Shown here: positions 47,725 through 56,328 of the stretch, piece after piece
Numbering within the stretch: the stretch's first letter is position 1
Layout of the letters: each line of letters starts with the position of its first letter
NCBI GenBank assembly: GCA_041664345.1
Contig: JBAYKX010000012.1
Coordinates: 4,781 to 68,780, forward strand
Length of the DNA stretch: 64,000 bases
Source: Salinivirgaceae bacterium
GTDB lineage: Bacteria; Bacteroidota; Bacteroidia; Bacteroidales; SZUA-534
Direction: 5' to 3'
Made by a program: the position numbers and the translations under genes
Notes under the pieces: model-generated
Told to the model about the DNA's origin: nothing
The model's input: the letters and a program-made list of their open reading frames with translations, nothing else
Databases searched by the model: none

Positions 47725-50313
47725 ATGAAAAAAGGGATTATACTGTTTTACCTGATACTTGCCTTGCTAACAACAGCAAAACCGCAAGATTATTCAGGTT
47801 ATACCCGTTGTGCCGAGCAAGATTCCCTGGCCTTGATAGCTTTCTACAATGCCACTGACGGCCCCAACTGGACTTCCAATTCGGCTGCTGATTTTTCAAC
47901 GGCCTATCTGTCCGACGATGTGCTTACCTACTATACGGTTGATTATCCCAATGCCGGTTTGGGTAAATGGCTCGAAGGACCTGTAAAAAACTGGTTTGGA
48001 GTAACCCTTGCCAAGCGGCAAATTGGTAACACTACCGATTCAGCCTGGCGGGTAATCCATTTGCATCCCACACTAAGTAGGCGTTCGGCCGGAGAGAATA
48101 AACTGGCGGGTTATGTTCCAAAGGAAGTGGGTTTGTTAACAGCCTTAGAATGGTTTAAAGTAAATGGAAACGTTGGTTTGAAAAACACCGAGTTACCCGA
48201 CGAATTATATCAACCAACCATTCTGGCTTTTGATTTTGAAGGAGCCTTTTTTTCTGGAATCCTAAGCAGTGCTTTACGCAATTGTACTAACTTAAAATAT
48301 CCCAATTTCCGCGATAATTATTTCGACAGCATACCCGTAATTGATTTTATTACCGATCCCTGGGCTTCGTTATGGGTTTACCGAAACCAAATTTCATGGA
48401 CCACCCTGGAGCCTACGGTAGCATATATGGTTGATAAAGGTTATTCGTATGAAGCCTGCGATCAGCATGATGTAGGCCGGGCATCTGAAATTGTGGTTGC
48501 ATCAGGCGGTAGTATAACACTAACATGCAACGATGCCGGAACACAGGGAACCTGTACTTGGTATAAAAAGGGTTTTAATACCTACATGACGGGTACCACT
48601 TATACCGATAACAATGTTACTGCCAGCGATACAGGCAATTATACCGTGGTTGTGGCTAACGAGTATATCCGATTAAACGATGGCAACGCCGACTATGTGA
48701 ATACTTTTACCAAACCCATTCATGTTACATTTGTTCCTTCGGTTCCGGTGGTTAAAAAGGTCGTTTCCTCTTATAGCGGTAACACAATTTCACTCACCAT
48801 CAGCAAACCGATGGCTATCCCAGTATTAGCTCAAACCTCTGAATTTTCAGTAAGCAAAAATGGCAACCCGGTTACTGTTACTGGAATAAGCCGTACCGGT
48901 CGGTTGAATAATACCATCAATCTCGAATTAGAAGCATCAATTTTGAAAGATGATGTGGTAACCCTTTCATATACCAAAGGTACCGTGGTTGATGTTAATG
49001 GCGGTGCGTTAGATTCATTCACAGCAAAGGCGGTAACAAATATCGCCCGTGAAACCCCAACTATTTTATCAGCCATTACCAATGCTAACGGGGAAAGTAT
49101 AATTCTGGAGTTTGACCAATTTATAGATCCCGCCACATTTAATGCCAGTAATTTTACAGTTACGGCCAACACAGAGGTTAATGTTACCGGGATAACCCTA
49201 ATAAATGGAGATATCAACACGAACATCTCCAAAAAAATTGCCATCAACCTCGATGGGGCTTTTAACAGTACCGACATTATTTCGGTAACCTACCAAAAAG
49301 GCAATTTAACAGCTTTGTACGGAGCGGCTCTCCAATCATTCTCTGATTTTGTGGTGGAAAATATTGTGAGCGAAAACAAGGTTTCAATGAACTTAAAAGT
49401 AGTTGATGGTACCAGTATGATTGGCCAAGTGGTTGTTAAAGGCGATATGATGAACCTACCCTTCCCGCTTTTCGATGATGGCACCAATGGCGATGAAGTG
49501 TCAGGCGATCACACGTGGACCATAAATTTACTGTTGAACGATGGCAGTTACGATTGGGAAGTGTATAACCGCACAGTAACCATTACCTACGATACGGTTG
49601 CAAGCACTGATCCAATTACCGGGGTCATTACCTATACCATTACGCCGGTGCAAAACAACAGCGATTCATTGATAAGCGGTACTGCAAACCTCAACCTGAT
49701 CGTTTCTTACGCCCAAGGTTCGGTAACTGGCGATACCGTATATAATTACCGGACCAATTCGGTAACAATGATCCTGGACATGAAAGAATACTTGGCTGCC
49801 AATGCAGTGCAAGCTATTGAACCCTATATGATGGGAATTAACGATGATTGGGGTACTGGTATGTTAATGAAAGCAACAGACCAAAATCATCCTGATTCCA
49901 GCTACATAGCTACAGCAAAAGGATATTTGCCTGGTGAAACCGTAACATTCAATTTCAGGAACGGCAACACTTGGGAAAATAGCACCCCAGCAAAACGGTC
50001 GCATACCGTTGTTGCTACCGATACCATATTCTGTACTTTTGGACAATTAACCGGCATTCCCGGAAATTCCCAAACCGCAGAAAAAATAAGCATTTATCCA
50101 AACCCAGTGGCCAATGGCTACCTCTGGATACGGTTGCCTAATAATGAAGCTATCAAAGAAGTAACACTCTATACAATTTTTGGACAGAAAGTTTTTGCTA
50201 TCCAAAATGCTGCCTCACCGGTGGAAGTAACATCGCTGAAACCCGGAATATACTTTTTACAGATAACCGATGGTTCCGGAAGCAAATTCCAAAGCCGATT
50301 TATTAAAGAATAA
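47725..50313 (+). CDS. T9SS-secreted multidomain protein: LRR N-cap/LRR-like region, Ig-like domain, beta-sandwich repeats, CTD
   Basis: EQDSLALIAFYNATDGPNWTSN cap motif shared with the next gene. Ig-like ITLTCNDAG...TWYKKG...ASDTGNYTVVVAN. Por CTD (ISIYPNPVANG...GIYFLQITDGSGSKFQSRFIKE). Confidence 0.75.
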   Translation: MKKGIILFYLILALLTTAKPQDYSGYTRCAEQDSLALIAFYNATDGPNWTSNSAADFSTAYLSDDVLTYYTVDYPNAGLGKWLEGPVKNWFGVTLAKRQIGNTTDSAWRVIHLHPTLSRRSAGENKLAGYVPKEVGLLTALEWFKVNGNVGLKNTELPDELYQPTILAFDFEGAFFSGILSSALRNCTNLKYPNFRDNYFDSIPVIDFITDPWASLWVYRNQISWTTLEPTVAYMVDKGYSYEACDQHDVGRASEIVVASGGSITLTCNDAGTQGTCTWYKKGFNTYMTGTTYTDNNVTASDTGNYTVVVANEYIRLNDGNADYVNTFTKPIHVTFVPSVPVVKKVVSSYSGNTISLTISKPMAIPVLAQTSEFSVSKNGNPVTVTGISRTGRLNNTINLELEASILKDDVVTLSYTKGTVVDVNGGALDSFTAKAVTNIARETPTILSAITNANGESIILEFDQFIDPATFNASNFTVTANTEVNVTGITLINGDINTNISKKIAINLDGAFNSTDIISVTYQKGNLTALYGAALQSFSDFVVENIVSENKVSMNLKVVDGTSMIGQVVVKGDMMNLPFPLFDDGTNGDEVSGDHTWTINLLLNDGSYDWEVYNRTVTITYDTVASTDPITGVITYTITPVQNNSDSLISGTANLNLIVSYAQGSVTGDTVYNYRTNSVTMILDMKEYLAANAVQAIEPYMMGINDDWGTGMLMKATDQNHPDSSYIATAKGYLPGETVTFNFRNGNTWENSTPAKRSHTVVATDTIFCTFGQLTGIPGNSQTAEKISIYPNPVANGYLWIRLPNNEAIKEVTLYTIFGQKVFAIQNAASPVEVTSLKPGIYFLQITDGSGSKFQSRFIKE

Positions 50314-50344
50314 TTGTTCAAATGTTTAATTAATAATTACTTGT

Positions 50345-53300
50345 ATGAAAAAAACCATTTTACTACTACTTGCAATTTGCCTTTTACCCGGGTTTTCAGG
50401 GTTGAAAGCTCAGGTTCAGGCAACGGATTCCCTGGCCTTAGTGGCTATTTACAATGCCGGCGATGGCCCTAACTGGACCAGTGCCACCAATTGGCTTACC
50501 GGGCCGGTAAATACCTGGCAATATGTTACCGTAACCGGTGACAGAGTTACTCAACTAACTATTAACCAAGCCAACATGGGGGGTACCCTTTCTCCAGCTA
50601 TTGGCCAGTTAACAGAACTTACCCGTTTCGAAATCCAGGATGCCCCAAACCTTACCGGGCCAGTTCCTGCCGAATTATGGAACTGTACCAAAATTACAAG
50701 GTTGCAAATCAAATTCACCGGAATGACCGGTCAAATGCCATCGGCAGGTTTAGCAAACATGACCGCCTTGGGTGAAATCAATTTCCAACAAACCTACTTG
50801 GGTGGAACCATTCCTGCGGAAGTTTTCAATTTACCGGCACTGTCAAAAGCATATCTACACGAAAGCAATTTTACAGGTTCTGTTCCAACAACAGTAGCCA
50901 ATGCCACCCAACTTACCCGTTTGTATCTGCAAAGCAATAAATTGGTAGGTCCTTTAACATTTGTAAATATTAAAAATGCTTCGGCAAAGGTTCAAATTGC
51001 AGGAAACTTTTTTACTTATGCCGATGTAAAACAATATCACGACTCGGCGGCTAATTACTCCCTTTCCGACGATTATCAGTTAGCCAAAGAAATAACAACT
51101 ATTGATGCCCCATTGAATACAGAATACACCCTCGATGGAACAGTTACCGGGGCCGAGGCTTATGCGTGGTTTAAAGAAGGTTTAAGTACCGTTTTGTCAA
51201 CCGATCCTACATATCAGGTTTCGGCTACTGCCTTAGATGCAGAAGGCACTTACACTTGTAAGGCACAATCATCGCTGGTTGCTCATTTCGATATCCGTTC
51301 TATCTACAAAATCACATTGAATGTTACCGATCGCCAACGCGACTCGTTAGCTTTGGTAGCTATTTACAATGCCGGCGATGGGGCCAACTGGACCTCGGCC
51401 ACAAACTGGTTAACGGGTTCAATTGATACCTGGCAATATGTAACATTTGCCAATGGTAGGGTTACTGAGCTTACCATTAACCAAGCCAACATGGGAGGCA
51501 CTCTTTCTCCAGCCATTGGTGAGTTAACTGAACTTACCCGCTTCGAAATCCAGGATGCTCCAAACCTTACCGGCCCCGTTCCTGCCGAATTATGGAATTG
51601 CACCAAAATTGGCAGGTTACAAATCAAATATACCGGAATGACCGGCCAAATGCCATCGGCAGGTTTAGAAAACATGACCTCGATGTATGAAATAAACTTT
51701 CAGCAAACCTACCTGGGTGGAACCATTCCTGCCGAAGTATTTAATTTGCCTGCACTTACCAAGGCATATTTGCACGAAAGCAACTTTACCGGTGCTGTGC
51801 CTGCAACCGTTGCCGATGCTACCCAATTGGAGCGTTTGTATCTGCAAAGCAATAAACTGGAAGGTCCTTTAACTTTTGTAAATATTAAGAACACAGCAGC
51901 AAAAGTTCAGTTAACCGGTAACTTCTTCACTTTTGCAGATGTAAAACAATATCATGACTCATTAGCAAATTACACCTTTAGTGATGATTACCAATATGCC
52001 AAAGAAAATGTAGTAGCCGTTCTTGCTGAAGGTTCAGAATATTCGTTAACCGGAACAACTACAGGTGGCGAGGCTTATGCCTGGTTTAAAGACGAAGCAA
52101 CCACCCCAATCTCAACTGAAGATACCTTGGTTATTTCCGATTTCGGTTTCGATGATGAAGGAACATACATTTGCAAGGCTCAATCGTCGTTGGTGGCTAA
52201 TTTCGACATCCGTTCCGTTTACGAACTGTCGTTGAATTATACAGATCTCCAACGCGACTCATTGGCCTTAGTTGATATTTATAACGCAGGCGATGGAGCA
52301 AATTGGATCAATGCTACCAACTGGCTCACAGGAGAAGTAAGCACATGGGCTGGTGTAGTTGTTTCTGGTGGTAGAGTTACCGAGCTTTCTACTGAAGGCA
52401 TGAACATGGGTGGCACACTTTCCCCATCAATTGGTATGCTTACCGCATTAACCTCACTAAAAATAATGGGTCTTGAAAATCCTGTAACCATTGCGCCGGT
52501 AAGCGGTTCAATTCCTGTTGAAATATGGAACCTGACCAATCTGAAAAAGCTACAGATTAAATTCACCAAAATTACCGGTGGTATCCCTGCGGGAATCGAA
52601 AGCATGGTAAATCTGAGCGAAATCAACTTCCAACAGACTTATTTGGGAGGAACCATTCCTGCAGAAGTATTTAACTTACCCGCTCTTAAAAAAGCGTACC
52701 TGCACGAAAGCAACTTTACCGGTGCCGTTCCAGCAACAGTTGCAAATGCTACCCAATTGGAACGTTTGTATCTGCAAAGCAATAAATTAGAAGGTCCATT
52801 GGCTTTTGTAAATATTAAAAACACAGCCGCCAAAGTTCAATTAACTGGTAACTTCTTCGCTTTTGCCGATGTAAAACAATACCACGACTCTGCAACTAAT
52901 TATACCTTTAGCGACGACTATCAGTATGCACAGGAGGCCCAAAACTTCAGTCTGACTGAAGGCGACGAAGTGACATTTGAATTATATGTACCTAATGGCG
53001 AGGCTTACGCTTGGTTCTATAACGATGAGGCAACTCCAATTTCGGGCGATACTGTTTATGCCATTTCATCGGTATTACCTACCGATACAGGAGTGTATGT
53101 TTGTAAAGTACAAAGTAGTTTAGTAGCCAACTTCGACATCCGTGCCAAATTCACTATTGATACAGTTATTGCCGTAGCGAAAGTTCCTGCATTTGTATCG
53201 GGAGCCTCAAACGAAGCTGGTACAGTTATATCATTGGTTTTCGATTTTGAATTGGCCAATCCTACAGCAGAAGCCGCCAGCTTTACCTTTAAAGAAGGCG

Positions 53301-53743
53301 ATGTAACCAGTCCTGTTACTGCGGTTAGCCTAAACAGCACCGATGCTAAAACCATTGAGTTGACTTTGGAATCGAAAATTGTAAATGAGTCTTCTGCATT
53401 GACCATTACATATACACCGGGAGCCTTAGTTGGAACCACCGGAGGTGTTGTAGAAGCTTTTGGTCCAGTTAGCGTAACCAACAACTTGATCAACTCAATT
53501 AAAGATGCCAAAATTGTAGCCAAAATCTACCCAAATCCTTGCGACAACTACCTTAAAGTTGAAAGCAAAGAAACAATGGAAGCAGTTACAATTATTGACA
53601 TCACGGGACAAACCGTTTGGATGCAAAACAACATAAATGAAAATTCATTGGTTATTGAGACATTAAATTTGAATTCAGGTATTTATTTCGTAAAAGTTAA
53701 ATGCGCTGATTCAATGTATGTTCAAAAGATAACTAAAAAGTAG
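50345..53743 (+). CDS. T9SS-secreted protein with three tandem 305-aa LRR-plus-Ig-like modules
   Basis: Signal peptide. 3 x (DSLALV.IYNAGDG.NW cap + five or six 24-residue L.G.IP-type LRRs + Ig-like D.G.Y.CKAQSS domain). Beta-sandwich domain. Por CTD (KIYPNPCDNYLKV...GIYFVKVKCADSMYVQKITKK). Confidence 0.8.
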   Translation: MKKTILLLLAICLLPGFSGLKAQVQATDSLALVAIYNAGDGPNWTSATNWLTGPVNTWQYVTVTGDRVTQLTINQANMGGTLSPAIGQLTELTRFEIQDAPNLTGPVPAELWNCTKITRLQIKFTGMTGQMPSAGLANMTALGEINFQQTYLGGTIPAEVFNLPALSKAYLHESNFTGSVPTTVANATQLTRLYLQSNKLVGPLTFVNIKNASAKVQIAGNFFTYADVKQYHDSAANYSLSDDYQLAKEITTIDAPLNTEYTLDGTVTGAEAYAWFKEGLSTVLSTDPTYQVSATALDAEGTYTCKAQSSLVAHFDIRSIYKITLNVTDRQRDSLALVAIYNAGDGANWTSATNWLTGSIDTWQYVTFANGRVTELTINQANMGGTLSPAIGELTELTRFEIQDAPNLTGPVPAELWNCTKIGRLQIKYTGMTGQMPSAGLENMTSMYEINFQQTYLGGTIPAEVFNLPALTKAYLHESNFTGAVPATVADATQLERLYLQSNKLEGPLTFVNIKNTAAKVQLTGNFFTFADVKQYHDSLANYTFSDDYQYAKENVVAVLAEGSEYSLTGTTTGGEAYAWFKDEATTPISTEDTLVISDFGFDDEGTYICKAQSSLVANFDIRSVYELSLNYTDLQRDSLALVDIYNAGDGANWINATNWLTGEVSTWAGVVVSGGRVTELSTEGMNMGGTLSPSIGMLTALTSLKIMGLENPVTIAPVSGSIPVEIWNLTNLKKLQIKFTKITGGIPAGIESMVNLSEINFQQTYLGGTIPAEVFNLPALKKAYLHESNFTGAVPATVANATQLERLYLQSNKLEGPLAFVNIKNTAAKVQLTGNFFAFADVKQYHDSATNYTFSDDYQYAQEAQNFSLTEGDEVTFELYVPNGEAYAWFYNDEATPISGDTVYAISSVLPTDTGVYVCKVQSSLVANFDIRAKFTIDTVIAVAKVPAFVSGASNEAGTVISLVFDFELANPTAEAASFTFKEGDVTSPVTAVSLNSTDAKTIELTLESKIVNESSALTITYTPGALVGTTGGVVEAFGPVSVTNNLINSIKDAKIVAKIYPNPCDNYLKVESKETMEAVTIIDITGQTVWMQNNINENSLVIETLNLNSGIYFVKVKCADSMYVQKITKK
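50426..53170 (+). repeat. 3 x 915-bp in-frame tandem repeat (LRR-Ig module)
   Basis: Units start at 50426, 51341 and 52256 (gattccctggcc.../gactcgttagct.../gactcattggcc... atttacaatgccggcgatgg). Roughly 85% nt identity by eye between units 1 and 2, with many differences at third codon positions. Confidence 0.85.
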
Positions 53744-53771
53744 TTTTAGTAGTAGGTAAATTTTCTCATTG

Positions 53772-53807
53772 AAAAGAGATGCAAAATTTGCATCTCTTTT
53801 CTTTTTC
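53772..53807 (+). terminator. rho-independent terminator after the LRR-Ig gene
   Basis: aaaagagatgcaaa-at-ttgcatctctttt followed by ctttttc. Confidence 0.7.
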
Positions 53808-53822
53808 AAAGTTTTATCAGCA

Positions 53823-53837
53823 AGTCACGGTGTGACT
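53823..53837. promoter_or_regulatory. palindrome AGTCAC-N3-GTGACT, copy 1
   Basis: agtcacggtgtgact. Perfect 6-3-6 palindrome, about 325 nt upstream of the PAP2 gene. Confidence 0.3.
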
Positions 53838-53887
53838 TATTGATTAAAAGGCACTTATTAAATCTGTCTAGGTTATTTTAATTAAAG

Positions 53888-53902
53888 AGTCACACCGTGA
53901 CT
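53888..53902. promoter_or_regulatory. palindrome AGTCAC-N3-GTGACT, copy 2
   Basis: agtcacaccgtgact. Exact reverse complement of copy 1, 50 nt downstream of it. Confidence 0.3.
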
Positions 53903-54160
53903 ATCAGTAGGTTATCTTTTTATCTTCGGATTTAAGGAAATACAATAGAATTTCAAAAAATCAAACCGTATATTCGACAAAATCACAATTATCGACCATA
54001 AAAAAATGCAACAATGATAATTTCTTTCTTTACAGGATTACTTTTCGCAGTCACCGTTAAAAAATAATATGGAATGAGTAATTCCCCCTATCACGAGTAC
54101 TCGGGAGGGGCCGGCTGGGGTTAACTATGTGACCTTTATCTAAAAAATAAAAATAAACAG

Positions 54161-56281
54161 ATGAAACATATTATTAAACTTTTTGGCATTTATTTTTTTA
54201 TAGTTTCGCTTGGCATAGCGGGTTGTAATACCCCATCGGCTAAGGAAAAATCACAAATTGATGAAAACGAATTTATTGTCGAATTGCCGCAAGTATCCTA
54301 TCCACTACCCGCAGTGGATCATATTTCAAACAATAGCAATCCGGAAAAGGCAAACAGTATTAACCATAATCCACTTGTTTATCTGCTTCGCGGTATAAAT
54401 GATATTTGGAAAGGAACAACCGATGCCTATCAAATTGCTTCAACACAAAATGGGCCTGGAAGCACTGACTACGAAGAAGGAAATCCAATTATTGATTCAG
54501 TTATTTGGCGTGAGAATATTCAATATGTGTTAAAAGTAACCCGAAACAGAACTGATGAAGAGGCAATTCATGCTTATTTGGATGAAAACAGGGCGAAGTA
54601 TTACAGTGTAATTGATGGTTTTGGCCCGCTAACCGAGGAATATGTAAAATATTCGGGAGCTTATGTTGATTTACCCTATATTGAAAGCGCCCAGGTTTTA
54701 GAAGATGTTCATTATCAATGCAATTATAACGACCATCCAAAATTTGCGGGCGACGAAAACAGTCCATTGGGGCCAGTTGTTAGGCTTAACCGTGATTTTA
54801 GAAACGGAAACTCAAGCTCAAATTGGGTAAAATACCTGTATTCAACACCAAGGCCATGGCGTATGAACGATACAGGAGCTGTTAATTTTTTAGGAACAAC
54901 CTACAATCCTGTTACCCAAAAACCAACCTATCGTTGCGTTGATAACGAAGGCAAAGAAACATTTAAAATATTTGACAACTACGAAAGCAGTGTAAAAATA
55001 ATTCCCGGCTTGGTATGTTCCAGAAGGGCCCACGACTTTATTTACGACGACAACAACCCCTCGTCCAACGATCTTTATACCAATACCACCGACAACAAAA
55101 GAGTGGACAACGCTTATCCAAGCGGACATACCAATGCCGCTTTTCTTTCAGCATTAGCTTATGCCTATGCCTTTCCCGAACGTTTTCCGGAAATGGTTTA
55201 CCGAGGAGCGTTGCTGGGCGAAAACCGTATTGTTGCCGGAATGCACTCGCCTGTTGATGTTATTGGAGGAAAAATAATGGCCCTTACGCTGGCATGCTCG
55301 GCTTTAAATGAGGATTTAGTTTTGAAAAATGCCGAAAAAGCAGTGGAAACCATGTACCATTTCTTTGGTGCCAAAGCCGATAGCCAAAACATAAGTTTGT
55401 ACGATTATGCCCATCGGGAAATTGAAAACCCCAAAGGATATACAAATGGAGAATATGTGAATGTGCATGTTTTCAACAACAATTTTTACGACAATAAAGC
55501 ACTGATAAAGAAACAATATCGCGAATGGCTGACCTACGGATTTACCCAAGACACTACAAAAGCCCATCAGGAACCCATTGTCCCCAAAGGTGCTGAGGCA
55601 ATATTAAAATCCCGGTTTCCCTATTTAAGCGACAATCAAAGGCGGGCCGTTTTATATACAACCGAAATTCCTTCGGGCTATAAAATACTCGACAAAACCA
55701 ACGGTTGGGGACGAATTGATTTACTTGCCGCTTCCGATGGCTATGGATCGTTTATTGGTTCAGTAAATGTGAATATGGATGCATCGCTGGGCAGGTTTAA
55801 TGCATCGGACACCTGGGGAAATGGTATCGATGGTGAAGGTTATTTGACTAAAAGAGGCACAGGAAAACTGATACTTACCGGAAATAACAAATATAGCGGA
55901 GGAACTACGATACAAGGGGGAATTTTGGCCACAAATTCAGAAACAGCATTGGGAAAGGGCGATGTGCTTATCGAGAAAGAAGGTCAGATCGAAGTGAACC
56001 AATCCCTAACAGTAAAAGGTAATTTTATGCAAAATGGCGGTACCCTTCAGGTGAACATTAATTCCGGGAATATTACTCAAATTAGGGTTGAAGGACAGGT
56101 GAAATTAGCGAATAGCACATTGCTTGTCCATTTTAATAGCGATATTGTACCGGTGGCAAAAGATACGGTAGCAATCATTCAGGGCAGTAAAATTTCAGGA
56201 AATTTTGAAATTCTGAAAGCAAACGGATATGAATTATCACAAGTGGAGATTGGTAATGTTCTTTATGTTGTAGTCGAGTAG
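54161..56281 (+). CDS. lipoprotein PAP2-superfamily phosphatase (class A acid phosphatase / haloperoxidase-like) with C-terminal autotransporter-type beta-strand repeats
   Basis: Lipobox LGIAGC. Complete PAP2 tripartite motif: KYLYSTPRP (Kx6RP), YPSGHTNA (PSGH), NRIVAGMHSPVD (Rx5Hx3D). C-terminal GTGKLILTGNNKYSGGTTIQGGILA PATR-like repeat. Confidence 0.8.
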   Translation: MKHIIKLFGIYFFIVSLGIAGCNTPSAKEKSQIDENEFIVELPQVSYPLPAVDHISNNSNPEKANSINHNPLVYLLRGINDIWKGTTDAYQIASTQNGPGSTDYEEGNPIIDSVIWRENIQYVLKVTRNRTDEEAIHAYLDENRAKYYSVIDGFGPLTEEYVKYSGAYVDLPYIESAQVLEDVHYQCNYNDHPKFAGDENSPLGPVVRLNRDFRNGNSSSNWVKYLYSTPRPWRMNDTGAVNFLGTTYNPVTQKPTYRCVDNEGKETFKIFDNYESSVKIIPGLVCSRRAHDFIYDDNNPSSNDLYTNTTDNKRVDNAYPSGHTNAAFLSALAYAYAFPERFPEMVYRGALLGENRIVAGMHSPVDVIGGKIMALTLACSALNEDLVLKNAEKAVETMYHFFGAKADSQNISLYDYAHREIENPKGYTNGEYVNVHVFNNNFYDNKALIKKQYREWLTYGFTQDTTKAHQEPIVPKGAEAILKSRFPYLSDNQRRAVLYTTEIPSGYKILDKTNGWGRIDLLAASDGYGSFIGSVNVNMDASLGRFNASDTWGNGIDGEGYLTKRGTGKLILTGNNKYSGGTTIQGGILATNSETALGKGDVLIEKEGQIEVNQSLTVKGNFMQNGGTLQVNINSGNITQIRVEGQVKLANSTLLVHFNSDIVPVAKDTVAIIQGSKISGNFEILKANGYELSQVEIGNVLYVVVE

Positions 56282-56328
56282 TTTTGTTTACGGCTATTAT
56301 GAGAGATAAACCCCAAAAATTTTTAAAG

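Noticed and set aside
48831-53523. Minus-strand ORFs of 60-155 aa inside the two LRR/Ig genes (e.g. 48831..49277, 52279..52626, 53056..53523)
   Set aside because: Antisense shadows. The ones in the tandem repeat recur with the repeat period, as expected for artefacts.
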